A stretch of 63,470 nucleotides of DNA, filler included, from Phoronis australis (taxonomy: Eukaryota; Animalia; Phoronida), in NCBI GenBank assembly GCA_002633005.1. It is 10 parts of 10 records of this genome, joined end to end, with 100 filler letters (N's around TTAATTAATTAA, not from the genome) between each part and the next. Parts side by side here need not be neighbours in the genome. Positions count along the whole stretch, not along the records: positions 32,490 to 43,387 come from NMRA01000879.1; positions 43,488 to 47,920 come from NMRA01001860.1; positions 48,021 to 52,260 come from NMRA01002652.1; 7 more parts are not named here. One strand, written 5' to 3'. Positions 38,767-50,859 of this stretch are shown in pieces (position 1 is the stretch's first letter; every line of letters begins with the position of its first letter). The position numbers were made by a program, and so were the translations under genes. The notes beneath the pieces were generated by a model. It did not search any database. It worked only from the letters and a program-made list of their open reading frames with translations, and had not been told where the DNA came from.

Positions 38767-41700
38767 TTTTCTTCAGTGATATCAGAGACACGTGAAGGGC
38801 TCTTCATCAAAATTCTAATTCACAGTAAAAAAAAACAAAGCAAAAAATACTAATTTTATTGAATTTTATTTGCTAAGAAATAAGCCCAATAATTTAATAA
38901 CCATTTGAACACTTTTAAATCTCAAAACTCAACATTTTCGATGACTAGTAGCTATTGTCACAAGTGCTCACTTTGGCTGAGGTGGCTGCGAACAATTGCT
39001 CATTACTATATGAAGACATGTGTTTGCCGGTGGTTTTGATGCCAAATATCTATTCTACTAAGATAGATCAAACCCACGATTAAGTTTCAAAGTGAAAAAT
39101 TTGGCTTCAGCTGAGATTGACTCATTCAAACCTGGGCTTTCTGCTTGTATGACCCCATGACCGTTTAACCCCCAAAATGTGGAATTTAAGGTGCAACTTG
39201 ACACTTTTATTTTTCATTTTTATGAAGACAATGCATGATTTTATAAAAAACAGTAGCTATTTCATTTTCTAGTAGCTTCTGTAATTACTTACAATGTCAC
39301 AAAAACTGTGATTATTGGGGTAAGTTCTGATAGTGGTTTTCAGTGAAAACTGAGGTACCCGACTTTTAAGCTATCTAACGCGATAGAATTTGTTTAAAGT
39401 TAGTAATTACCATAAGAAAGTAAACAAAAATGCATAATATGATCCAAATCCGTCTCATAGGGTTTATCACCCCTGCATGGATTTTTGCCTGGTCTGAAGT
39501 GTACTGCACTCTTAAAAACAAAAAAATAGAAACAATCAACTCATTAACTCTGACTGTAGATTGACTTCGTATGGCCAAAATCACAATTTTTTTGAGCTTA
39601 GCATATGAGTTTGATTTGGTGAGATGTAGAAAATATTCGATTTTTAAAATTTTTTATCCATTATTTCTCCTTTTATGGCATTTTGCAACAACAATTAGGC
39701 GCCGAAGTAAACCCGTTTGAATGCATTTCACTAGCATGTACAGCTAGATAATAACAAATGAGTGATACAGTGTACATTTTTAAAGGACTGTGATCGAGTA
39801 ATATAATGGCATAACTTTCAACTATTTTCAAATTTGCAGGTTTTGATTTGTATGACAAAACGGCTACTTTGCAGGCTTTCACTGAAGCTACATGTAAGTT
39901 TGGTCAATTTGGCACTGTGTAGCAGCCATATTGCCCCTTTTCAAAAACTGACATTATAATATTTTGTTTAGTCATTCAATACCTGTACCTTCATGCGAGT
40001 CAAACAGCAAGTTACACGGGACGCTTTGGAGCTTTATTTTGCAACGCATTACAATTGACACGTGTGTCTGCCCTTTCCGTCTGTGGAACTGGAAGATGCA
40101 AAATATTTAGTAACATTTCACTGACACATAATTCGGAAAGTGGAACACATTAAAGGCAAATCGCAAGCAAAACGGCAAATGACAATAAATGTTACCTTAA
40201 TGATGTCTTGAGACTCGCACAGTGACTAGAACAGATGGAACCTGCGTGACAATATTTGCCGAGTGTCGGAACATGGCGTATAACCCGGGCACGGTCTCAG
40301 CAACCTGAAGGCACTCGGTCATTCATAAACAAAATACACTGTAATTCACAGAACTCATAGCACAATGCGCAGTAGGCGGAACTAACTTCATTCACCTTAC
40401 CTCTTCATAATCCAAAATAACAAATCTTGCCTCTCCTGTAGTTTTTGCTTACAAGCATTACACCAACTGCACTTCGTCCTATTTGCCATTTATCAGTTGC
40501 CTCAACCACCAATAGGTGTCCTCTTGAAACGTGTAGGCCCTAATTAGCCTGAAAAGATGACGTAAAAGGATTGTATTTTGAGAAAAATTAGAGAGCTTTA
40601 CTAATTATCATTCTCTCAAAACCAAACTGATGATTATTGCATATTACAAAACTTATTTATATAAACTGTGACTGGCATACCTGCTTTGTTTAAATGATGG
40701 ATGGCGTCGCTGTTTGTTACACGGAGACTATGGACGCTACTACTAGCCGAATCTGCCATACTCGTGTTTGTTATCTACGTTGTAAGAGCAACTGGCATAG
40801 GAATGGAGACACCCAAGGGGGTTATGGCCCTCTGTTCAACTCGGTCAACACTCATTGTAATTTAGTATTCACATCGTAATGTCCCCGCAGGCTGCTACGA
40901 TTCTCCAGACCGGTTACCGGCCACCCCAAATGTTGAATATATCAGAAACTACAAGTACATGTACGATCTTTAACGGAACGAAAAGGCATATATTGAAGGT
41001 CAAGAGAATACACTGAATTCATGAAAGACAGTTTTATTAATGACTCAATTCATGACAGACATTAGGTAAACACACTTCAACACAAGTGATTGGTCATCAT
41101 AGCAAACATACCGAGTGACCGATTATGTGCCGTAGCGGCAAGGGGGGTCAGATGCCGCCGAGCACCTGTCGAAGGAAGGGGGCGCTAAACAGGTGTCGTC
41201 TAAGGTGGCACTAGGCATCTGTTGACTGAGGGAATACAAATTATTCACCTACCAATCGGGGATGGGAGGTGCCACTTAGTGGGGTGTAGACGGGGCGCAA
41301 AGAGGTGTACGTTACGCCACTGGGCTGATTATATTTTACCTAAACTACACACTACGATTGACTACGATAAAATATGTAATACATGTACATAGCGAGCACT
41401 AGCTAAGCAAAGTTGGGTCATTTCACTATGTGACACAGTTGATCTTGTGGCCCTTGTAGTCGAAGGGTTTGGGTGCAGTGCTGTAGTGGGGCGTAGGCGC
41501 ACGTAGGCGCAGCCATCTACCTTTTGGTATTTAACGAGGCGCCGTCGCACCGTAAGTTACATTCAGTGCTCAAGGTGATACGGTGGATTTTGGGCGCCTA
41601 CTTACCTCTAATTTTACCATTAGAGGAATGTCCGGGTGGTACAAATTCTGGGCATTTACAAACTGAGCTAATGTCCACCGTGAAATGGCGGCAAGAAGGT

Positions 41701-42487
41701 CACAAAAAGGCCACTAAAACCAGCCACCAAAAGGTGTCTGTGGATTATCTCCGCTTTCTAGCAAAAAGCTGTTAGATTATGACACGTTACACAGAATTAT
41801 GCAAATCATATATTGGCTATTCCAGACACCAAAGTAATTTTTTTGTTCTATTTTGTAAGTTACTTATTTTCGTTGCAGAAAAAAAAAATAAATTTTGGGG
41901 ACGGCTAATATGCCTAATTCTGCCAACTTGTGGTCTCGTGCTCTGGCGGCGAAATTAGAGTGCACGAAATTTTGCATTCGGATTTGTTAAGAAACCTATT
42001 CATGAACCAAAAATGAAGTTGCTTTGAATTTTAAGGAGTAGACTGATTTTTGAAAGTCTACTGTTTTTTATATGGACTGCTTCTTAATTAGAATTTTCAT
42101 CCTATGGTACCAAATCATTAGGTTTATCTGATGTCGGCTTTATAAGCTAATTCATATAATTTCTTTTTGCAGGCATGGAGGAACTTATACTTGCAAGAGA
42201 TTTGTCTCGGCTCGAAAAAATGGTCAGTGAGTGATCTAAACTATTTAACAATTAAAATTTCCTTTCATCTGAAGTAGTATGGATTGTATATTATTTCTTG
42301 ACCAAATTATCGTAATCAGTAATTAAGCGCCCATACTTGTAGTTTGTACGCATTTAAACTCACTGTGAGTTGTATGTTACAACAACAGTTGTTCTAGTTG
42401 CATATGAAGTGCCAAAAACAGCTTCTTATTTAATTTGAACTTTTCTTATCTAGTAAAAATTTGCTTTTCAAGGCCAAAAATGGAGAC

Positions 42488-43387
42488 ACCAAATAACCTG
42501 AAAGCTACCAAACCGGGACATTTTCAAAGCAAGGTTAAGGACAAGTTTTCAAATGCGTCTTATTTGTAGGTCCCTGTCTCCTGCGGGGTCAAGGTTTGAG
42601 GTCAACGTCACCGACGACCCCCCAATTTTCCAAATTTAGTCCTCTGCCGTGACCTTATTGGTTCTCACCAGAAGTGGCGACTTACGATTTTGGAGCCAGT
42701 AAGTAAAAGGCTATCCAACAATGAAAGAAGTTTTGAAATCGGGGTCAAAAATTTTTAGGCGGGAAAAAGTTCTCAAAATGACTTCTTTTATCATTGATCT
42801 TGCCGTGTGACCTCATTAATGATCGAATCGAACTCAAACTTGGTAGGCCTTAGTTTTTCGGCATTCCTCGTTGATCTGGTAAAGAATTTTTGTAATTGGA
42901 GACAAAAATTTTTTCGGCCACCAAAAACCCCTGGACTATAGGCCTAGGTTTTTTTTGGTGGAAAACCTTTTGTCTTCGATTTTAAAAATTCTTTGTGCAT
43001 CTAATAGCCCCTTGTCTCCCCCTCTACAAATGTAGGTATCATGCTTTTCTTGGCCTTAGTAAGGGCCCAGGAGTGCCCCAAACTCACATACCCCCTTCAC
43101 AAGATCAGAAAATTTGTGCCGAGATGAACTACGGTTTTTTGAAGTCATATCTTCATCACCAATAACCTGAAAGCTACCAAACAGGGACATTTTCAAAGCA
43201 AGGTTAAGGGCAAGTTTTCAAATGCGTCTTATTTGTTGGTCCCTGTCTCCTGCGGGGTCAAGGTTTAAGGTCAACGTCACAGACTACCCCCCCCCAATTT
43301 CCCAACTTTAATCCTCTGCCGTGACCTTATTAGGGCTCACCAGAAGTGGCGACTTACGTTTTTGGACTCAGTAAGTAAAAGGCTATC
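42488..43387. repeat. Direct repeat with period of about 670 bp; second unit truncated by contig end
   Basis: 42488-42716 is near-identical to 43158-43387 (AATAACCTGAAAGCTACCAAAC...AGTAAGTAAAAGGCTATC). Confidence 0.9.
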
Positions 43388-43487
43388 NNNNNNNNNNNNN
43401 NNNNNNNNNNNNNNNNNNNNNNNNNNNNNNNTTAATTAATTAANNNNNNNNNNNNNNNNNNNNNNNNNNNNNNNNNNNNNNNNNNNN
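43388..43487. other. Artificial contig-joining spacer
   Basis: N44-TTAATTAATTAA-N44. Confidence 0.97.
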
Positions 43488-45715
43488 TGGAATAATTGGG
43501 TGAGTAAGACAACAAGCCGGTTTTATGCTTAGGCGGACGACTATAGGGTTTCGGAGTGTACAACTTTGCAGACGCAAACACGGTCGCTTCAGACTAACTT
43601 ACACCAGACATTCTAAGAATTTGCTGTCTTCTCCAAAATCTGTCAGGACCCGGATTTCTCACAAGTCGTATACTTGTAAGGAACACCATGGCTACTCCTA
43701 TCGCGTATGAAAATAATTTAGTATTTTTACATGGGGGCGGCCATTTTTGATTGAAAAATAACGTCATTTCGATAGCTATTCTTTCTTACAAATAGTCTTC
43801 AAAACAATATTTTTAATGTTATCTTGGTTGAATATGATCAACACAGAGAGTCATTTAATTGTGTTATTGAGGTATTTTTTTATTAAAGACTGCGATGTAA
43901 GAATCACGTGATAAAAATTAGGTCATTATTGCCCTTTACCGGTGCATCTGGAAGACGAGCAGTCCACAACTGTTAAGGTATATGCGGTCCAAAAGGGCCG
44001 GAGGAGATTGTCATTCTTTCTAATTTGTTTAAAAAAATTCTGTCAGATTGATATATTTTAGTGAATGGGTTGTTAAGAACTTCAAAACCTTGATTTTTCA
44101 ATAATTGCTGAGTCAGGGCAAGTGCACTGGCCAGTTCAGACGATATTGAGTATTGACTGTCAATCACTGAATCGGTGCTTCTGTCTCAACTGGCTCTAGT
44201 GGAGACGATGCATGCAGGTATATACCTCGGCCTCATAACCCCGCTTGTCAGCAGGGTGACTGTGCCAAAAAATCAAGCTGCCCAGCCCAAAGCTGAGTCG
44301 CCCGTTTCGCATTGGTCACTACAAACAAACTTACCGTCCCAAATTCAAGAACCACCAGAAAGATGGCAAAATTTTTTGAAAATTAATCAGGTCCGCAATT
44401 CTGGAATTGGTGTGATATGATACGAGCTGTATATGTTTCAATATGTCTTTTATACTCTTGAAATGTCACCAGATCAACTTACCAAACTTTGTGTTGGAAA
44501 AACATATTTATTTTTCATGTAAGAGATCCCGGACAATATTGTATTATGGGACTGGTCGTTCCCGGTGTTTCCGCTCACTGTACCGTTAGACAATCATCAC
44601 GACTTGGAAATGTCGTCAAGTAACAGCCTGTTTCAATGAGCGTCTCATTTTTATCATAAAGCATAGTAAAGATGAAAATGACAACCCTATCAATCGCCAA
44701 GCAACATCTGTAGCTTACGACTTGTCTTTCAGCAGAGTAGTTTCGAGTCGTGAAGAGTTTTGTCGAGGTCTTGTTTCTGGGGCTGAGCACGTGCACATGT
44801 ATGAGTAATCTGTCACTCTCAAAGCATTGTTGGCAATGTAATGTGTACTCCTGCGATTCAAGTATGGGAACGAAATATGCGTGTACAACACTCCAAAGCT
44901 ACATCAAAAGAGAACAGTGACAGTGCTATGAAAAGAGTACAGGCTTGGCTGTGTTAAGCGCCAATTTTCCACTCTCTGGGTCGTCAGTTGACCACATCGT
45001 ATATTTTTGAGGTTCAATTGGAAACAAAATTCTTCCAGGTGTCTAAAAAGGGTAGGCGGTAAAGATATCCGCCAATGCAGTCACATGACATTGTATAGGT
45101 GGAGTTGACCACACAGAATCGTATATTTCTTACAATTGCAGTCTTCCAATTTTTATTACCACTAACATTCAGTTTAAAAACCATGCTCACATAAGTTGGA
45201 GTTCCAAAATTTGGACTGCAAACAAAAGGAAGTAGCTTGTTGCGCACTTAGAGTTATTTGTCTATGACGACTTTGTTGACCATCATATGGCAGTTCAGTC
45301 GCAGTTCAGTCCTGGAAAAGTCGCAGGTATTTTTCCAACTTGTATTTTCTCCTATTTCAAGTTGCATTCATAGCTACTCGAATATAAGTGTTGGTTAGAG
45401 AGTGCTCTTTCAACTTTTGCGTCAGCAAGTTGCCTGAGAATAAGATGATGGCCTACAGAGTTTCGAAATCGCACGCCCATTCAAGTTCTTCACATAGCTT
45501 GTTACAAAATAAAACATTACCAATATTTCGAGTACCAACTTTGTTCCTGGTAAGCCCTGAGTATTGTTTTCACAAAAACGTCTTGTACTCATTGTGACCT
45601 TTCGCTTAGTCGAATCGTATAGAGTTTAATATCCACTGGCTCGGTTCGAGTGCACTGCGTCAGTGTTTTTTTTTTACTACTGGTACACTGAGATGCGGAC
45701 TAAAATTAACCTTAA

Positions 45716-47003
45716 AAGGGGACTGTAGTCAAAATAATGTTGCAGTTAATCGGTTCTAACATACAAATAAAACTCACATTTGCCTGACTTGCGTGCCAAA
45801 CAAAAGCCAATTCGAATTCATGGTCAAAACATTGAATTCTGAAAGCGATCGCTGATTGGCTGATGTGTCAGTGACGTGAACGGCGGGGTATCGGCTGCTT
45901 TACACATTCATTGCTTATGTCATATTTGAAGAGTTTACATCGTAATTTATCATTGTAGCAATCGTCCTTATTTTTCATTGTTTGCCACAGTGCTGTAAAA
46001 GGTTCGCTATGCCTTTTTGTATGGCACCTGGTTGCTTAAACTCTTCGAAAAAGGCGTCTTCTAAAGGGATGGTCATCGCATACCATCGCCGGGTTACCCA
46101 AGCCTTGGCCCAAAGCTCAGTGTAGATATAGGCCTACAGGTTTAAGCCGATATGGGTAAAAAATGTACAAGTAAAATCTGACTCAAATAAATGTCATTAA
46201 AACTAAGTCATCCTTGAGTAAACCTAGGAACCAGGTTCCTAGAGTAAACTAACTTCTGTATTTACCGGTGTTGGAAATGTTAGCGATCGTTCATCGGCTG
46301 CTGCTAGTAAAATTGTGATGTGTTCTCTTGAGTACTNNNNNNNNNNNNNNNNNNNNNNNNNNNNNNNNNNNNNNNNNNNNNNNNNNNNNNNNNNNNNNNN
46401 NNNNNNNNNNNNNNNNNNNNNNNNNNNNNNNNNNNNNNNNNNNNNNNNNNNNNNNNAGGTGACGAGCATAACTGAGTCAACTATACCCGGGTAGTCAACG
46501 GCTGTCTGAAATTTCGGGGTTAACGGAGCTCAACACACAGTGGTACGATAGTCTTCATACAGCTACAGTCGGTAACTTACCAACCCTTCAAGTTTACACA
46601 GCTGCCGGAGTATTGGCTGACAGCTGGCTGACTGGATGGCTAGAGTCCACATTGCCCTCGGCACAGTCACTGACACCAGTTGCACCGGCAAGTTTTCGTT
46701 TGACGATGACGATGACTGGGTATCACTTTGTGTTGCCTCGGCTCTTTTTGTGACCCGAAATTTCACACTAAAATTTCTTATTCCGACAATATAAAAAACT
46801 CTACTTGATTGCACGCTAACACAGGACAGTGACTTTGCCCCCGCCAAATACGTCACGAGACTAAGCAGCGCTCCATGCCCGTAATTTTTTGAGCTTCGTT
46901 AGAGAATATAAGTTTAATTTTTGGTGTTGAATTATTTGTGAAATTGATCAACAATTCATAGAAAACTATCTAGAATTTATTCAGAATAAAATACAGTTCC
47001 CTT
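45716..47003 (+). mobile_element. Kolobok-like non-autonomous element with a THAP N-terminal remnant; spans a 120-N gap
   Basis: TTAA at 45712-45715 and 47004-47007; TIR AAGGGGACTGTA / AAGGGAACTGTA. ORF from 46009 reads MPFCMAPGCLNSSKK...IAYHR. The minus strand near 46640-46680 reads NWCQ*LC/RAMWT, like a KolX/P2X7-C Cys motif. Confidence 0.65.
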
Positions 47004-47920
47004 TTAAATTCAAGATAAAATCATGTGGAAGAGAAAAAATATTTATTTGGACTCTGCAAAATTCTGGGGAACTACAGCTGTGTTCTGAAAATTCGCTCAC
47101 CTCCTGGGCGACTGGCCAGTGATCTTCTACTCGCTCAGCACTGTTTCTAGTCGTATTTGCAACTAAGCAAGTGGCTAAGTATATCCCTGCTGGCTAAAAT
47201 AAATTTATGCGTCATGGACTAAAACTGGTGATTGTTCGAATGGTTTAGCTTATTTGTTGCCAACGAACCTCTATGAGAGGCCCAACCACACAGTCAGTGT
47301 CAGTAGTGAGGTAGTTTCGTTCTATGCATTTCTGGCAACTTTTTGTTTAATTGCCATGTTCATATATTTTACAGTTTGATGAGAGAGCTATAATTTGTTT
47401 ATGACACAATGAATGCATGGTTGACTAGTCTTAGTAAGGTCTAGGGTGATTTTGTTCATGCTGGATTTCATATGATACCTGCAGAGGGATAAGTTCGGCC
47501 CCAGATTTTACTCTCTGGAGAATATATTTAGCATTGTGTATAAGTCGTCTTTACACAGCTTTGTCCTGAGGTTAATTCCAGCTAAGGATATCAAATATGT
47601 CTGCTTGAGAAAGTGGGCATTGTTGTGGTCTTTTCAGAAAGTTTTATTGTGAATAGCTACTGACAGGCACAATTTTTCACAAATGTTGATCACAGACTGA
47701 TAAGTTATATGGCAATTCCTGGAAAATCTATTTCAGGTTTCATGATATATTTGTGTATACAGCTACAGTTTTCCTTGAGTGGGTCTGTGCTTTGTATGGA
47801 GATTCCTTTTCATGCGATGTCAATGACTTATGTGAGCGTCATCAGTCGATGTGTGTACTTACAGTGATGTTATCTGCCTCAATAGTTGTCAGGCTTCTAT
47901 GTAGTCTGACGTCTTGTCGC

Positions 47921-48020
47921 NNNNNNNNNNNNNNNNNNNNNNNNNNNNNNNNNNNNNNNNNNNNTTAATTAATTAANNNNNNNNNNNNNNNNNNNNNNNN
48001 NNNNNNNNNNNNNNNNNNNN
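47921..48020. other. Artificial contig-joining spacer
   Basis: N44-TTAATTAATTAA-N44. Confidence 0.97.
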
Positions 48021-50354
48021 TTGTGGTGCATTGCTATCAACTTCCGTTGTTAAATTACAATAATTTTTCAAAAAATTGTGCTCATCACAGGGCGAATACT
48101 TGCCGACTGATGCGTCGCTGAATCGGGATCGTCAATAGGAAAACTTGAACTCTTGAATAAAAATATAGTTGCGACTCAACAAATTACCTGAAATCTTCCT
48201 TATGTTTTACAATTTTTAAAGTTCATGTGGAATCCAGATTAATTGCGATTAAGTCCAAATCTGCGCTACATCGTACCCCACAACACGGGAAAAATCTCTG
48301 GATGAACACACATGTTGTTGTCACGTGACGTTTGTTTTGAAGTTCGTCTGAGTATGATAGTGAGTGAGCGTTCGTGTGCGGGTCATCGACGACAGACTTT
48401 TTTGTTACAAAAAGCGGAGGATTATGCAAGAAAATGGCATTTACTAGATTGTTTTTCACTTAAACGGCTGCAACATGCAAGGTGAGTGCTGGTTAGCTCA
48501 CAGATTTTGTGTGCACAGGCCGACTGTCGTTAGCTCTGCCGTGGAGTATTAATAGTCCAAGGCTCGATCTACATGTTGGGGACAAGGTGAACTACCCGGG
48601 CTGTGTGAAATTTCTGGGTCTAACGGAGACACTGACGCAGTGGTCAGCTAGCTCGCTGTATCAAGACTATAGTCAAAATCCAAATTCGTTTTATCGTGTC
48701 CCTGTCAATAAGCCTTCTTAATTTTCGTACTTCAGGAACATAACAATCACGTGTTTTGTACACATACGCGCACGCCGCAGATCACATCTCGGAAATTGCC
48801 GATTTGACGGATGACAATGAATGAACACAATGAAATTAACAACGTGGTGTTACAGCTTGTAAGATTCATAATAAACGTATTTTGAATATTGCAATGCATG
48901 TGTTCCAAAATCTAAATAACTTGGGTCCTATATTTTTGTATTACTGCGCGCCGAATGAAAGTAATCGTGAGTGTTGCTGTGTTGCAAAATCTCTTATCCT
49001 GGGCCGATTTGAAAAATTCAAAGTTGTACTCATATTTGTTTTCGCTCCTCTTTTCAAATATTACAGTAAAAACTACGTAAAACTCTCTCCATAAAAAGTA
49101 CAGTCTGCTAGCTAGATTGTAATCAGCTGATCATATCCGCATGAGCGAAGTCAATTATCCTCGCTCGTGACTCGATGACTAGAGCAGCCTGGCGGCATCC
49201 CTTTGATCGTAAGCCGAGCGCGACTCAGCCAAGGTGGACAAATACGGTCTAGTTCAATTTTCCATACCCCGCCGTTTACCTTAACCACTGGGGTTAGGAC
49301 CAATCTTATTTAGTGGGAATGTTCATAGCATGCAGTTAAATACACCAGTGTTCACACAAGAAGGAACACGTGCCGTGACGTGCCCATGATCATACTGTGA
49401 ATTCATGTGTTTATTGACTATGTTTGCATTCCTGGGTGAAAACGAAAACTTGCATTTTCTTAGAAAATTTTAAGACACCCAAAATACTATGCTTGAGCTT
49501 GAAACCATAGAAATATGTTCACCTTGGCTACATTTCTTACCGCCACATGTCTGGTTGTCAAGTGATGATAATCATCTTTGTTCACATAATAAAGCTCATA
49601 ACTTTGGGTATTTTAAAGACTTAAATCCACTAAGCCTCTTCAGCTTCCTTTGATTGGCCGTTACTTTGAGCATTTCTGTTATCTAAACAACACACCTTTA
49701 ACAAATCATGTCACTGAAAGTTAAAATAAAGAGTGCAGGCGATGTCTTTTGAGGTGCATCAGATGTGTGCAGGCCTCATGGTTGAGCCAATTGCACAAAA
49801 CACCTGAGCTAAAACTCGTGACAGTCCTGTTATCGATCAACAGGTTCTTCGTGAAGGAAATTTTCAAGTCTGCCCGTCTCCTTTAGAAATGGACTGACTT
49901 TTCCATTTGTTGCTATACATTATTTATGGAGGCTCAGAAGGTTTTGTTTGACCACATTAGGAAAGCTCTCCTGCTGGAGTTAAGCGAAACATAAGTTAGA
50001 AAATACCTTGAAGCTCACATTATTAACAAATGCAGGTGTGGGACCATATACATTTTTAGGAATTTGATTGGATTCGATTCACTTTAGGTCTAGAGGAGCT
50101 CAATTATTTTGAATTCGATAACTGGTTGTCAAGTTGATTTTTTTTTCTCAAGGAAAAGCAGTTAACTTACCACCTGTGCCAATTTTAGCAACAAAATTAT
50201 ATGATGCCAACTAATGAACAATCCTCACTCTTTAAAAAATACAAATGTAAGATACCTAACAACAGAAATTTGAACAAAGAATTAAAACGAAATGGGGTTT
50301 GACATATCTATATTGGTAGTACCCATATTGTGATTCAATTACACTTCTATTAAT

Positions 50355-50859
50355 CAGGGCTTGGAATAACCAATGACAAAAAACGCGGAAACTTTTACGG
50401 CCCAAATCATGCCCAATAACCAGCCTTTGAAATGGTCAATGTGAACCTTTCCGCAACAAAAATGGGGAGGACTAAAAAAAAAAAAAAAACGTTACGACCA
50501 TCAGTAGCATGCTTCTGCGTCCTTTTCACTCGCCCGTCCACTCCCAACCCACACAGTTTTGGCTGCAGAGCGGTAGTATTTGTCGCCGCGCTTAACAATA
50601 ACACGAGCCGCCATTGAAAATCACACCACGCTTTACCCAGATGCCCCGGCAATGTTGACAATTTACGTTCCTCCGAAACATAAAGAGCAACTTCCGCTTT
50701 CCGAGGTGAACGTCGTCTGCAACGCCGCGGTAAGAAAGGAATTTGCCGCGGAAATTTCATATCAAATCCGATTTTTTTACGCGGAAATATTATAAAAAAG
50801 CGGAAAGCATATTTCAAAAAAGCGGAAATCCGCGTTTCCGCGGAAAATTCCAAGCCCTG
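50355..50859. mobile_element. hAT-like MITE with TIR CAGGGCTTGGAAT and subterminal CGCGGAAA motifs
   Basis: Perfect 13-bp TIR; ATTAAT on both flanks; partial reverse-complement copy at 55248-55355. Confidence 0.85.

Larger units (their letters stand above)
33803..39511. mobile_element. 5.7-kb TTAA-flanked DNA transposon with long imperfect TIRs (Sola3-like), non-autonomous
   Basis: TTAA at 33799-33802 and 39512-39515. Both ends read TTAA-GA(C/G)-14 nt-GACCAGGCAAAAA..GTGATAAA..CTATG..ACGGATTT. A perfect 20-bp inverted match links 34204-34223 and 39098-39117. Confidence 0.7.

Noticed and set aside
33812-39501. RAG/Transib-like element: CAC-starting ends with an 11-nt length difference between the TIRs (12/23-like asymmetry)
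   Set aside because: No target duplication at the CAC positions and no RAG1/RAG2 motifs inside. Extending both ends gives TTAA plus exactly 17 nt to the shared core, which fits a TTAA-specific Sola3-like element better; the 11-nt indel is probably chance.
42173-42222. Possible small + strand exon (MEELILARDLSRLEKM)
   Set aside because: Good acceptor, but too short and with no partner exon or motif to support it.
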